A DNA stretch of 64,000 nt, taken from contig CAKQEP010000004.1 of the NCBI GenBank assembly GCA_934230325.1, forward strand, positions 21,840 to 85,839, given 5' to 3'. Below the pieces are notes generated by a model that saw nothing but the letters and a program-made list of their open reading frames with translations, was not told the DNA's origin and made no database searches. This DNA comes from an uncultured Clostridia bacterium. GTDB taxonomy: Bacteria; Bacillota; Clostridia; Christensenellales; CAG-314. Positions 24,317-34,309 of the stretch are shown here, in pieces. Both the position numbers and the translations under genes were made by a program. How positions within the stretch are numbered: the stretch's first letter is position 1; the number at the start of each line of letters is the position of its first letter.

Positions 24317-25173
24317 AAGACGTAGCATTCGGTCAATATTATCCCGCCGACAGTTTTGTTCACAAAATGGATCCGCGCGCAAAAATATTGTTAAGCATCG
24401 CTTATATGGTTGCGATATTTTTGATTAAATCGTTTTTTTGCTATGCGATTTTGACTTTATTTTTAGTGGGACAAATCATTTTCAGCAAAATTCCCGTCAA
24501 AAGCGTTTTTAAAAGCGTAAAAGCGATACTTTTTCTTGCGTTGTTTACTGCGATTATCAACATTTTTTTTGTTAAAGGCGCAGAAGAACAACTGCTCGTA
24601 GAGTGGTGGATAATAAAAATCTATTCCACAGGTCTTATCGCTGCGGGAAAAATGATTTTAAGGCTTGTGTTGTTGGTGACGGGCGCAAGTCTGTTGACGC
24701 TTACTACCACGCCGGTGGATTTGACTCACGCTATAGAAAGTTTGCTGTCACCGCTAAAACTCATTAAAGTGCCGGTTGCGGACTTTGCGCTTGTTATGAG
24801 TATTACTTTGAGATTTATCCCCACTTTGATGGAGGAAACGGATAGAATAATACGCGCGCAAAAAGCAAGAGGAGCGCAGTTTGATACGGGCGGAATCATA
24901 GCGCGAGCAAAAGCCTTTGTGCCTATTTTAGTTCCGCTGTTGGTAAACAGTTTTCGCCGCGCAGAAGATTTGGCACTTGCAATGAATGCGCGTTGTTATG
25001 AAGGTAGCGTAAAGCGCACGAGATTAAAAAAACTTTCTTTCGGGTGGCGCGACCTCGTAGGAATAATTTTGTTTGTTGTCGTTATCGGTTTTGCCCTTAC
25101 CGTCAGATACGTAAATCAGGAGTGGTTGGCGAGAATTTTGGGGCAGGACGTGTTTTTTTGGATAACTCTTTGA
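24310..25173 (+). CDS. ecfT: Energy-coupling factor transporter transmembrane protein EcfT
   Basis: 287 aa polytopic protein. ..RIIRAQKARGA.. coupling-helix motif. Conserved ecfA-ecfA-ecfT order. Confidence 0.88.
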   Translation: MLKDVAFGQYYPADSFVHKMDPRAKILLSIAYMVAIFLIKSFFCYAILTLFLVGQIIFSKIPVKSVFKSVKAILFLALFTAIINIFFVKGAEEQLLVEWWIIKIYSTGLIAAGKMILRLVLLVTGASLLTLTTTPVDLTHAIESLLSPLKLIKVPVADFALVMSITLRFIPTLMEETDRIIRAQKARGAQFDTGGIIARAKAFVPILVPLLVNSFRRAEDLALAMNARCYEGSVKRTRLKKLSFGWRDLVGIILFVVVIGFALTVRYVNQEWLARILGQDVFFWITL

Positions 25174-25175
25174 TT

Positions 25176-25916
25176 ATGCGGTACAAAATTACGGTACAAT
25201 ATATAGGTACGGCTTATAGCGGGTGGCAGAGCCAAAAAAACGGCGTAAGCGTTCAGGACGTTTTGCAGGACGCTTTGAGTCGTGTGTTTGGCGAGCCGAT
25301 AAAGGTAACGGGTAGCGGGCGTACCGACGAAGGGGTGCATGCTTTGGCGCAAGTCGCTCACTTTGACGCAACCAAAGAGATAAGGCCTTACAACCTTTGT
25401 CGCGGCGTTAACGTGTTTTTGCCGTCGGATATTGCCGTCACGGACGCAAGCGTCGTTAGCGACGAGTTTAATGCTCGCAAAAGCGCAAAACAAAAGACTT
25501 ACGTTTACAAAATGTACGTAAGCCCAATACGTATGCCGTTTTTGGATATTGACCACAAACAAATCTTTAAACAGCCAGATATTGCCGCCATGCAAAAAGG
25601 AGCGGCTTTTATAGAAGGAAAACACGACTTTAAGTGTTTTATGTCTACGGGAAGCAACCAAAAAACCACCGTGCGAGAAGTTTATTCATGTACCGTCACT
25701 CAATCTCGCAACCAAATTTTTATTACCGTGACAGGCAACGCATTTTTGTATAATATGGTAAGAACGATAGCGGGAACGTTGCTTTTTGTGGGAACGGGCA
25801 AATTGCAACCTACCGACGTCAAAGATATAATAGAATCCGGTGACAGACATAAAGCGGGCAAAACCTTGTCGCCAAACGGATTGACGCTTTTGAGCGTTGA
25901 GTATATGGAAAAATAA
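25176..25916 (+). CDS. truA: tRNA pseudouridine(38-40) synthase
   Basis: MRYKITVQYIGTAYSGWQSQ.., ..GSGRTDEGVHALAQVAHF.. (catalytic Asp motif). The track's 25044 start lies inside ecfT. Confidence 0.9.
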   Translation: MRYKITVQYIGTAYSGWQSQKNGVSVQDVLQDALSRVFGEPIKVTGSGRTDEGVHALAQVAHFDATKEIRPYNLCRGVNVFLPSDIAVTDASVVSDEFNARKSAKQKTYVYKMYVSPIRMPFLDIDHKQIFKQPDIAAMQKGAAFIEGKHDFKCFMSTGSNQKTTVREVYSCTVTQSRNQIFITVTGNAFLYNMVRTIAGTLLFVGTGKLQPTDVKDIIESGDRHKAGKTLSPNGLTLLSVEYMEK

Positions 25917-26009
25917 ATATTTTTCAGTTTGTCTGCCGAACGATTTTTTAGATTAACTTTGATAGGATAATTTTTTTAAAAAAAATATTCAAAAGTCAAT
26001 AAAAAACGT

Positions 26010-26038
26010 TTGACTTGGACTGTAAATTATTGTATAAT
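26010..26038 (+). promoter_or_regulatory. Near-consensus sigma-A promoter of rplM-rpsI
   Basis: TTGACT (26010-26015), 17 nt, TATAAT (26033-26038). Confidence 0.7.
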
Positions 26039-26045
26039 ACTCGGG

Positions 26046-26165
26046 CTGTGAATAATTGGGTTTGTATTTTAAGCTCTGCAAATCAAAATTCGGTGTCCAC
26101 TTCCGACGGTTATTCATCGTGAACAGCAAAATGCGTTTCCACGCAAATCTTAAAAAATCAGGAGT
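26046..26165 (+). ncRNA. Possible ribosomal-protein L13 leader (autoregulatory 5' UTR)
   Basis: ~125-nt untranslated leader between the promoter and rplM. Possible long-range pairing GTGAATAA .. TTATTCAT and a GCGT/ACGC hairpin. Assignment is by position only; I cannot verify the Rfam L13_leader consensus by eye. Confidence 0.3.
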
Positions 26166-26173
26166 TTATTATT

Positions 26174-26608
26174 ATGAAAAGTTTTATGGCAAAGCCGGAG
26201 GACGTAAAGCGCAACTGGTACTTGGTTGACGCAGAAGGTATGGTTCTCGGCAGACTTGCAAGCCAAGTGGCAAGCATACTTCGCGGCAAAAACAAGCCCG
26301 AGTTTACTCCGCATGTCGATACGGGCGATTATGTCGTTGTAATCAACACCGACAAGGTTGTTTTGACGGGTGACAAACTCGATCAAAAATTGTTCCGTCG
26401 TCATAGCGGCAAACCAGGCAACCTCAAAGAAATTAAATACGGCAAACTCATGGAAAACCGTAGCGATTTTGTTGTTTACAGAGCCGTCAAAGGCATGCTC
26501 CCCAAAAATAGTTTGGGCGCAAAAATGCTCAAAAAATTGCGCGTTTACAAAGGTGCGGAACACGAGCAACAGGCTCAAAAACCCGTACAAATCGAGTTGG
26601 GGGAATAG
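26174..26608 (+). CDS. rplM: 50S ribosomal protein L13
   Basis: 144 aa. ..[47 protein letters not shown].. Confidence 0.97.
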   Translation: MKSFMAKPEDVKRNWYLVDAEGMVLGRLASQVASILRGKNKPEFTPHVDTGDYVVVINTDKVVLTGDKLDQKLFRRHSGKPGNLKEIKYGKLMENRSDFVVYRAVKGMLPKNSLGAKMLKKLRVYKGAEHEQQAQKPVQIELGE

Positions 26609-26617
26609 AGGTGAATT

Positions 26618-27028
26618 ATGGCAAAAGTAGCAAAAAGTAAAAAGATTCAATTTTGGGGTACGGGCAGACGCAAAAAGTCTGTCGCTCGCGTAAGACTTCT
26701 ACCCGGTGGCAACGGAACGATAACGATAAACGATAAAGAGTTGGACGTTTATTTCCCTCTCGACACGTTAAAGTATATCGTTAAACAACCTTTGGTTGCA
26801 ACCGATACCCTTACCAAATATGACGTTGCCGTCAACGTAAGCGGCGGCGGTTATACCGGTCAGGCAGGCGCTGTTCGTCACGGTATTGCTCGCGCGTTGG
26901 TAGTAGCGGGAGAGGACAAGGATACCATCAAAAAAGCAGGATTCTTGACTCGTGACCCCCGTATGAAAGAGCGCAAAAAGTACGGTCTTCACAAAGCCCG
27001 CAAAGCGCCGCAATTCTCCAAGAGATAA
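26618..27028 (+). CDS. rpsI: 30S ribosomal protein S9
   Basis: 136 aa, ..[14 protein letters not shown].. and C-terminal ..[10 protein letters not shown]. Confidence 0.97.
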   Translation: MAKVAKSKKIQFWGTGRRKKSVARVRLLPGGNGTITINDKELDVYFPLDTLKYIVKQPLVATDTLTKYDVAVNVSGGGYTGQAGAVRHGIARALVVAGEDKDTIKKAGFLTRDPRMKERKKYGLHKARKAPQFSKR

Positions 27029-27047
27029 TTATTATCAAACACAAATC

Positions 27048-27078
27048 AAAACCCTCGACTTGTTTCGGGGGTTTTTTG
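27048..27078 (+). terminator. Rho-independent terminator after rpsI
   Basis: CCCTCGA (27052-27058) pairs with TCGGGGG (27065-27071), followed by TTTTTT. Confidence 0.8.
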
Positions 27079-27251
27079 TCGTGCTAAAATTTGATATAAA
27101 CAATCGTTGCTTTTAAGCGTTGAGATAAAAGATTTTAAGAAAAAAACTCAAATAACAACAAAAAAGCGATTGTAAAACGCAACGTAACTCAAAAAATATT
27201 GTTTTTAAAGTTAATTTGCAATACAGTCGCTTTTAAAATGACGGTAATTTT

Positions 27252-28415
27252 TTAATCTACTTTAAGGATTAAAAACTTTAAATATGCTGTGTTATCCGAC
27301 GTAAAAAGACTTGCGTGGTCGGGGGATTGCGTGCGTATTTCGCAAAGGCGGACGCGTCTGTTTGACGCCGCCGCCGCTTGACGTATAGTGCGTAAAAACA
27401 AAGGCATATCCACGTAATGCGAGCAACTGCAAGTGACGAGATACCCGCCTGCGTTTACAAGTTTAAATCCGAGAAGGTTTATATCCCTGTATCCTTTTAC
27501 CGCGTCTTGCGTTTGGTCGGCAGATTTTGTGAAAGCAGGGGGATCGAGTATAACAACGTCAAACTTCGTGTTTTGCTGTTTGTAAGCGCGCAACAATTCA
27601 AAAACGTCGGCTTTTAACGTCGTAACGTTATTAAATCCGTTAAGAAGGGCGTTTTTTTGTACGTTATCAAGGGCAGTTTGCGATACGTCTACCGCCGTCA
27701 CGTGTTTTGCAAATAACGCCGCATTTACAGTAAAACCGCCGCAATTACAAAAGCAGTCCAGCACGGTTTTGTCTTTGCAGTATCTGCGAATTGCTTGTCT
27801 ATTAAATTTTTGGTCCAAAAAATAGCCCGTTTTTTGTCCGTTTACCACGTCTACGGAAAGTTTAAGTCCGTTTTCCTTAATGATAACTTCGTCGTTTAAC
27901 GCGCCGTACAAAACGCCGACGAAAGGTTGTAAACCTTCTTTTTGACGTACGGCAACGTCGCTTCGCTCGTAAACGCAGGTCGGATTGAATAAATCGACGA
28001 GAATATCTACAATCATTTTTTTGCGCATATCCACGCCAAGCGACAAAAACTGAACGACGAGAACGTCGGCGTATCTGTCTACGATGAGGGCGGGGAGATT
28101 GTCTGCTTCCGCAAACACTACGCGGTAATTGTCGTCCGACAAAATACTGCGTTTAAAAGCGTCTGCTTGTCTTATTCTTTCGCGCCATAAATCTGCGTTG
28201 TCATCTTGATTTGTATCAAAAATAAACATACGTATAAGAATTTTGCTGAGAAAATTGACGTAACCTTTACCTAAAAATTTGCCGTCAAAGGTGTAAACTT
28301 CTGCAAGACTTCCGTTTTTTTGGCGATTTAAAATGCGCGAAACTTGGTTTGCATATACCCAACATTGACCTTGCAATATATCTTTTTCGCAATTTTTCTT
28401 TAAATAAACCTGCAT
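27252..28415 (-). CDS. Class I SAM-dependent rRNA (cytosine-C5) methyltransferase, RlmI-like (PUA + MTase)
   Basis: 387 aa. N-terminal PUA-like region, ..VLDCFCNCGGFTVNAA.. SAM motif, ..ILDPPAFTKS.. motif IV. Confidence 0.8.
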   Translation of the reverse strand: MQVYLKKNCEKDILQGQCWVYANQVSRILNRQKNGSLAEVYTFDGKFLGKGYVNFLSKILIRMFIFDTNQDDNADLWRERIRQADAFKRSILSDDNYRVVFAEADNLPALIVDRYADVLVVQFLSLGVDMRKKMIVDILVDLFNPTCVYERSDVAVRQKEGLQPFVGVLYGALNDEVIIKENGLKLSVDVVNGQKTGYFLDQKFNRQAIRRYCKDKTVLDCFCNCGGFTVNAALFAKHVTAVDVSQTALDNVQKNALLNGFNNVTTLKADVFELLRAYKQQNTKFDVVILDPPAFTKSADQTQDAVKGYRDINLLGFKLVNAGGYLVTCSCSHYVDMPLFLRTIRQAAAASNRRVRLCEIRTQSPDHASLFTSDNTAYLKFLILKVD

Positions 28416-28422
28416 AATTTTT

Positions 28423-28998
28423 TTAATAGGGGTACAACGCCATACCGCATAATGCGCTTAACATAATAAGCCATATTGCCGAAAGATTTTTCTTTGTGGT
28501 AAGTTTGTATGCAAATTTTGCCAAAACTACTATTGCTATAATTACTAATGTGTACCAGTCGAATTGTATAGGTACGTCCGAGTTGCCGTAAGTAGTGATA
28601 AAGTTTTTAACAAACAACATTACGCCCGTGCCTATAATGAGGGCGCAGACGACGGGGGTTATACCACTGAGAACGCCTTTTACGTACTTGTTTTGCGCAA
28701 AATTTTTAAATAATATCGCAATAATTAGTATAATGATAAAACTCGGCAAAACAACGCCCAAAGTCGAGCATAGCGCGCCCAAAACGCCCGCTTGCGAAGT
28801 TCCGACAAAGGTTGCGATATTTATAGCGAAAGGACCGGGCGTTGCTTCCGAAATGCCGATATAATTGATAAGGGTGTCTTCCGTCAGCCAGCCGCGCCCG
28901 ACAACTTGTTGTTGAATCAGCGGTATCATAGCGTACCCGCCGCCAAAAGTAAACAAACCTATTTTAAAAAACTCCCAAAATAATTGAAGGTAAATCAT
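28423..28998 (-). CDS. Chromate transporter (CHR) family protein, second half-size subunit
   Basis: 191 aa. ..FFKIGLFTFGGGYAMIPLIQ.. CHR signature. Overlaps the upstream paralog by 4 nt. Confidence 0.8.
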   Translation of the reverse strand: MIYLQLFWEFFKIGLFTFGGGYAMIPLIQQQVVGRGWLTEDTLINYIGISEATPGPFAINIATFVGTSQAGVLGALCSTLGVVLPSFIIILIIAILFKNFAQNKYVKGVLSGITPVVCALIIGTGVMLFVKNFITTYGNSDVPIQFDWYTLVIIAIVVLAKFAYKLTTKKNLSAIWLIMLSALCGMALYPY

Positions 28999-29711
28999 TG
29001 TTTTGCCTCCTTATCGGTTGGCTCGTCCGTTTGTTGCTCGTCGGTAGTATCATTGTCTGGTTTTTGCGACAAATTTTCCTTTACGGTTGATTCGTTGACG
29101 TCTTGCAGGCTTTGTTGCGGCGGTTGCGTCTGCGTTTGTTTTTTTGCTTTTGCGTTGGAAATTATCGTAATAAAAAGTCCTACTAATCCGCCTAAAAGAA
29201 TAAGGTACAACGTAGAAAAGTTTAAACTAAACACGCTTATCGATATAGTTGCGGCAAAAGACAAGGTAAACAGCACCGCAAAAAGCCAGTTTTTTTTGGC
29301 GCTTTTAAATAGTTTGAGTCCTGCGATTATTATCAGTGCGACCACGCCTGCCTTGATGCCTTTAAATGCGTTTGCGACGACGGGATACTCCAAAAGATTG
29401 TTGAAAAACAATGAAATGACGTAAATGACTACAAAACTCGGCAAAACTACGCCGAGAGTGGCGAGTACGCTACCCCAAAATCCCAAAACTTTGTATCCGA
29501 TATAAGTTGCGCTGTTTATGGCGATAGGACCGGGCGTTGACTCTGCGATTGCGATGATTTGAGTCAATTCCTGATTATCGATCCATTTGCGTTTTTCTGC
29601 GACTTCGTTTTGAATAAGGGCTATCATGGCGTATCCGCCGCCAAAAGTAAACAACCCTATTTTAAACCAAGTCCAAAACAATAGCATGTAGTTTTTAAAC
29701 TTTTTTTCCAT
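28995..29711 (-). CDS. Chromate transporter (CHR) family protein, first half-size subunit, with Q/T/D/E-rich C-terminal tail
   Basis: ..WFKIGLFTFGGGYAMIALIQ... Start set at the ATG at 29711 (MEKKFKNY..), 7 nt after a TATAAT. An internal Met (MLLFW..) is an alternative start. Confidence 0.75.
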   Translation of the reverse strand: MEKKFKNYMLLFWTWFKIGLFTFGGGYAMIALIQNEVAEKRKWIDNQELTQIIAIAESTPGPIAINSATYIGYKVLGFWGSVLATLGVVLPSFVVIYVISLFFNNLLEYPVVANAFKGIKAGVVALIIIAGLKLFKSAKKNWLFAVLFTLSFAATISISVFSLNFSTLYLILLGGLVGLFITIISNAKAKKQTQTQPPQQSLQDVNESTVKENLSQKPDNDTTDEQQTDEPTDKEAKQ

Positions 29712-29718
29712 AAGAATT

Positions 29719-29747
29719 ATTATAGTCAAAACCTCAAAAAAGAGCAA
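29719..29747 (-). promoter_or_regulatory. Promoter of CHR transporter pair, leaderless geometry
   Basis: Minus strand TTGCTC (29747-29742), 17 nt, TATAAT (29724-29719), 7 nt, ATG (29711). Confidence 0.5.
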
Positions 29748-29762
29748 GCAATAACGTAGGTT

Positions 29763-29797
29763 TGCAAAAAAATATGCGCCCTTTTTTGGACGCATAT
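29763..29797 (-). terminator. Rho-independent terminator after iorB
   Basis: Minus strand ATATGCGTCC AAAAAA GGGCGCATAT followed by TTTTTTTGCAA. Confidence 0.8.
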
Positions 29798-29809
29798 CTA
29801 TTGTTTTTG

Positions 29810-30385
29810 TTATTTTGCGAGTTCTATACCGACGCGAAGTGCCTTTTTGTTTACTTCTACAAATTGAGGTTTGACGTTGGCTTCCAAAATTTTGTCCCAG
29901 TCAATGTTGGTGAGATTCATTCTTCCGATAATAGTGCCGAGCAAAATTATGTTTGCAACTTTGGGATTGCCGAGTTTAATCGCTTCGTCGTTGGCGTCAA
30001 TAACCGTGACGTCGGCATGCTTTTTGAGTTCTTCTATGATATTTGCGGGATATTCGCATATACCGGAAGTAACGGGCATGCTCGGTATTTGGCAATCGTT
30101 TACGACGATTTTTCCGTCGGGTTTGAGGTAATCGAGATATCTCAATGCTTCCATCTCTTCAAACGCGACTATCATGTCTGCGTTGCCTAATTCTATGACG
30201 GGGGAGTAAACCTTTTGTTGGGAATAACGAATATGAGAGGTTACGCTGCCGCCGCGTTGGCTCATACCGTGTATTTCGCTCATTTTAACGTCATAATCTG
30301 CGGCAGTCAGTCCAAGACTGAGTATTTTGCTTGCAAGTATCGTGCCTTGTCCGCCTACGCCGACTAATAAAATATTTTTTGTCAT
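29810..30385 (-). CDS. iorB: Indolepyruvate:ferredoxin oxidoreductase subunit beta
   Basis: 191 aa. ..LLVGVGGQGTILASKIL.., ..SEIHGMSQRGGSV.. (OFOR gamma-type domain). Immediately downstream of iorA. Confidence 0.85.
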   Translation of the reverse strand: MTKNILLVGVGGQGTILASKILSLGLTAADYDVKMSEIHGMSQRGGSVTSHIRYSQQKVYSPVIELGNADMIVAFEEMEALRYLDYLKPDGKIVVNDCQIPSMPVTSGICEYPANIIEELKKHADVTVIDANDEAIKLGNPKVANIILLGTIIGRMNLTNIDWDKILEANVKPQFVEVNKKALRVGIELAK

Positions 30386-30398
30386 ATCTTGCTCTCCT

Positions 30399-32192
30399 TT
30401 AGTTTATTGCCTTTACGGGGCAGATTTGTTTGCAGACGGTGCAACCTACGCACATCGTGCCGTCTATGTGTGCTTTTTTGTTGACTAAGGAAATAGCGGG
30501 GCAGCCGCACTTAAGGCATGCTTTGCAACCTACGCACTTGTCGGTGTTGACGGCGCATTTTTGTTTGTATGCGTCGGGGAACTGTTCTTTGTCGAGATTG
30601 CTGAATTTTTTAAGCACGCAGGGGTAGCGGGTAATGATTACGCTTGCTTCGTTTAAACCGAGCGCCCAATCCAAAGCGTCGTTTACGGCTTTAAGGTCGT
30701 TGGGATCGATGATTTTGATGTTTTTAATGCCGATTGCCTTTACCAAACCTTCCAAATCGACGATATGAGTTTCCGAGCCTTGTGCGGTAAAGCCCGTGCC
30801 CGGATTTTGTTGGTGTCCGGTCATACCGGTGATGCGGTTGTCAAGTATAATCGTGACGTTGTTGCCGCGATTGTATACGACGTCCATAAGGCTGGTCATT
30901 CCGCTATGGAAAAACGTGCTGTCGCCAAGTACGCTGACAACGCGTTTTTGGTTGCCTTCTACTTTGTTGAGTATTTTTTGCGCGCCGTTGCCGCTACTGA
31001 TACTTGCTCCCATGCAGCAGTTGAAGTCCATTGCGTTGTAAGGCGCGGCAAAAGCCAAAGTATAGCAACCTATATCGCCGCTTACTATTACGTTTTTGCG
31101 TTTGCCTAATTCATAAAAAAGACCTCTGTGCGGGCAACCTGCGCAAAGCGCCGGAGGACGAGCGATTATTTTTGAGCGGTCAAAGTCGGGCAACTCAACT
31201 TTTTTTCCGGTAACGGTTGCGCGCAACACGTCTGCAGTGAGTTCTCCGCAGAAAGGAATAAAGCGGCTGCCGTCGGGAGCGTATTTGCCGTAGCAAATAT
31301 TGCCGAAACCGAGCATTTTGACCATATCTTCTATGTATTCGTCGTTTTCTTCTATCACGTAGACCTTTTTAAGTCCTTTGCAGAAAGAAGCGATGAGTTG
31401 CGCGGGCAGAGGATAAGTAAAACCGAGTTTGAGATAGTTTGCACTGTCCTCAAAAACTTCTTTTGCGTAGTTGTAGCACATACCGCTTGCAATCACGCCG
31501 ATATCTTTGCCGTTGTTTTCAACTTTGTTGTAAGCGCATTCGTTTACCGCTTGCTTAAAGTAGTCGAGATGTTTTTCGACTTCTAGTCTGCGGATACGCG
31601 CGTTGGCGGGTACGTCGACGTAGCGTTTAGCGTCTTTTTTGTAGGGCACGATGGGTTTTTCTACCCTGTCTTCGAGTGTGACAAGACCTTTGCTGTGGCA
31701 TACGCGCGTAGTAAGGCGAATAAGCACGGGGCATTGATTTTGTTCGGAAATATCAAACGCCTTTTTGACCATATCTTTACATTCCTGACTATCTGCCGGC
31801 TCGAGCATAGGCACTTTTGCGGCGCGCGCAAAGTTGCGGTTGTCTTGCTCGTTTTGGCTGCTGTGCTGACCGGGTTCGTCCGCCGTAACGACAACAAAAC
31901 CTGCGTTTGCGCCGGTATAAGCGATAGTAAAGAAGGGATCTGCCGCAACGTTAAGACCGACGTGCTTCATACTTGCAAAGGCTCTACCGCCTGCAACTGC
32001 CGCGCCCCACGCCGCTTCTACCGCGACTTTTTCGTTGGGGGACCATTGCGCGTCGATATCCTTGTAAGTGGACAAAGTTTCAAGAATTTCCGTACTGGGA
32101 GTGCCTGGATAAGCCGCCGCAAACCGCACGCCTGCTTCCCAGACGCCGCGAGCGATGGCTTCGTTGCCTGTCATAAGTACTTTTTGTGCCAT
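30399..32192 (-). CDS. iorA: Indolepyruvate:ferredoxin oxidoreductase subunit alpha
   Basis: 597 aa. MAQKVLMTGNEAIARGVWEAGV.., TPP motif GDSTFFHSG, and two C-terminal CxxCxxCxxxCP motifs. Start at the ATG at 32192 behind GGAGGTAAAT. Confidence 0.88.
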   Translation of the reverse strand: MAQKVLMTGNEAIARGVWEAGVRFAAAYPGTPSTEILETLSTYKDIDAQWSPNEKVAVEAAWGAAVAGGRAFASMKHVGLNVAADPFFTIAYTGANAGFVVVTADEPGQHSSQNEQDNRNFARAAKVPMLEPADSQECKDMVKKAFDISEQNQCPVLIRLTTRVCHSKGLVTLEDRVEKPIVPYKKDAKRYVDVPANARIRRLEVEKHLDYFKQAVNECAYNKVENNGKDIGVIASGMCYNYAKEVFEDSANYLKLGFTYPLPAQLIASFCKGLKKVYVIEENDEYIEDMVKMLGFGNICYGKYAPDGSRFIPFCGELTADVLRATVTGKKVELPDFDRSKIIARPPALCAGCPHRGLFYELGKRKNVIVSGDIGCYTLAFAAPYNAMDFNCCMGASISSGNGAQKILNKVEGNQKRVVSVLGDSTFFHSGMTSLMDVVYNRGNNVTIILDNRITGMTGHQQNPGTGFTAQGSETHIVDLEGLVKAIGIKNIKIIDPNDLKAVNDALDWALGLNEASVIITRYPCVLKKFSNLDKEQFPDAYKQKCAVNTDKCVGCKACLKCGCPAISLVNKKAHIDGTMCVGCTVCKQICPVKAIN

Positions 32193-32427
32193 ATTTACCT
32201 CCAAATGTAAAAACGAATAAACGTCATTTAAACAAATTATATACCAACGTAGCGATTTTGTCATTTGTTTTAAAAAAGTTTTTGCATAAAAAATAATTCA
32301 GCGCATAATTTTAAGTAAAATTGTATATTTAGCCCTACATCAAGGTGCAAATATTTATAATTATAAAAATTGACGCTTATACTTTAAAATAATCTAAAAT
32401 TTCCACAAAAAAATACATTTAATAAGG

Positions 32428-32456
32428 TTGACAAAATTCGTCGTTTGCAATATTGT
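32428..32456 (+). promoter_or_regulatory. Promoter of typA
   Basis: TTGACA (32428-32433), 17 nt, TATTGT (32451-32456). Confidence 0.5.
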
Positions 32457-32479
32457 ATAGGTTGTTTTTGGAGAAATAG

Positions 32480-34309
32480 ATGATTAAAAGAACGGATTTG
32501 AGAAACGTAGCCATCATCGCCCACGTCGATCACGGCAAGACCACTCTCGTAAACGAGATGTTAAAGCAGGGCGGAGTATTCAGAGAAAATCAGCAGGTGG
32601 CGGACAGAGTAATGGATAGCAACGCGTTGGAAAGGGAGCGCGGCATTACGATACTTTCAAAAAACACATCGGCGTATTACAAAGGCATAAAAATCAATAT
32701 CATAGACACGCCCGGTCACGCAGACTTTGGCGGAGAAGTAGAAAGGGTATTAAAAATGGTCAACGGCGTACTCATTTTGGTAGACGCGGTAGAAGGGCCT
32801 ATGCCTCAGACGAGATTTGTGATGCAAAAGGCGTTGGAGTTGGGGCATAAACTTATTTTGGTTGTCAACAAAACGGACCGTCCCGACGCGCGTCTTAACG
32901 AGGTAGAAAACGAGATACTCAACTTGCTGTTAGAGCTCAATGCGTCGGAAGATCAATTTGACAGTCCGATAGTATATTGTAGCGGGCGCAACGGCACTGC
33001 GAGTCTTGACTATCACGAACAAGGCAAAGATTTGACGCCGCTGTTTGAAGCGATAATAAATCATTTTGAGCCGCAGGAAGTGGACGTAGACGGACCGATG
33101 CAAATGCTTATATCTTCTATCGACTACAACGATTACGTCGGGCGTATCGGCATCGGCAGGGTAGAACGCGGCAAAGTCAAAGTCAACCAACCCGTTTCTA
33201 TATGCAATTACCACGATAAAAGCACGGTAGCGCAAGGCAAGATAGTATCTGTTTTTCAGATAGACGGACTCAACCGCAAACCCGTAGAAGAAGCGATAGC
33301 CGGCGACATAGTTTGCATCGGCGGATTAGAAAACGTCACCATCGGGGACACTGTATGCGATCCGACGGCAGTAGAGCCCGTATCGTTTGTCAAAATATCC
33401 GAGCCGACGGTAGAAATGTTGTTTTCCGTCAATGACGGACCTTTTGCGGGCAAGGAAGGTCAGTTTGTAACTTCTCGGCACTTACATGACAGACTGTTTA
33501 AGGAAATGTTGAAAGACGTATCTTTAAAGGTTTACCCGACCGACACGACGGACAGTTTTCGCGTTTGCGGAAGGGGAGAAATGCACTTGTCAATTCTTAT
33601 AGAAACGATGCGCAGGGAGGGTTACGAATTTTTGGTAGGACCGCCCAAAGTCATGTACAGAATGGTTGACGGCGTAAAAACCGAGCCTATCGAGCGACTC
33701 GTATGCGACGTTCCGGAAGACAAAACCGGCGTAGTATTTAGCAGTATGGGGGAGCGGAAAGGCGAATTGTTGCACATGGAAAACATCGGCAACCGCATAC
33801 GTCTTGAATTTGCCGTTCCCGAGCGCGGGCTATTCGGTTACAAAAACATATTTTTGACCGACACTCGAGGAGAAGGCGTCTTCAACACGGTATTTATGGA
33901 TTATCAGCCGTACAAAGGCGACATAGAACGCAGAAACACCGGCAGTCTTGTTGCCTTTGAAACGGGCGAAGCGGTGACTTACGGATTATACAACGCGCAA
34001 GGCAGGGGCAGTTTGTTTATCGGCGCAGGCACTCCCGTGTACGAAGGAATGATAGTCGGCGTAAGCCCCAAAGCGGAAGATATTTCCGTCAACGTTTGCA
34101 AAAAGAAACATCAAACAAACATGCGCGCGGCGGGTAGCGACGATGCAATGCGTTTAGAAACTCCAAAACGTTTGACTTTGGAAGAAGCGATGGAGTTTTT
34201 AAACGACGACGAACTGATGGAGGTCACACCCAAAACCGTTCGTCTTCGCAAAAGAATTCTCAACACCGAGCAACGCCTAAAATACAAAGCGAGAATGGCA
34301 GATAAATAA
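32480..34309 (+). CDS. typA: Translational GTPase TypA/BipA
   Basis: 609 aa. ..NVAIIAHVDHGKTTLV.., DTPGHADFGGEVER, NKTDR. GGAGAAA RBS. Confidence 0.95.
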   Translation: MIKRTDLRNVAIIAHVDHGKTTLVNEMLKQGGVFRENQQVADRVMDSNALERERGITILSKNTSAYYKGIKINIIDTPGHADFGGEVERVLKMVNGVLILVDAVEGPMPQTRFVMQKALELGHKLILVVNKTDRPDARLNEVENEILNLLLELNASEDQFDSPIVYCSGRNGTASLDYHEQGKDLTPLFEAIINHFEPQEVDVDGPMQMLISSIDYNDYVGRIGIGRVERGKVKVNQPVSICNYHDKSTVAQGKIVSVFQIDGLNRKPVEEAIAGDIVCIGGLENVTIGDTVCDPTAVEPVSFVKISEPTVEMLFSVNDGPFAGKEGQFVTSRHLHDRLFKEMLKDVSLKVYPTDTTDSFRVCGRGEMHLSILIETMRREGYEFLVGPPKVMYRMVDGVKTEPIERLVCDVPEDKTGVVFSSMGERKGELLHMENIGNRIRLEFAVPERGLFGYKNIFLTDTRGEGVFNTVFMDYQPYKGDIERRNTGSLVAFETGEAVTYGLYNAQGRGSLFIGAGTPVYEGMIVGVSPKAEDISVNVCKKKHQTNMRAAGSDDAMRLETPKRLTLEEAMEFLNDDELMEVTPKTVRLRKRILNTEQRLKYKARMADK

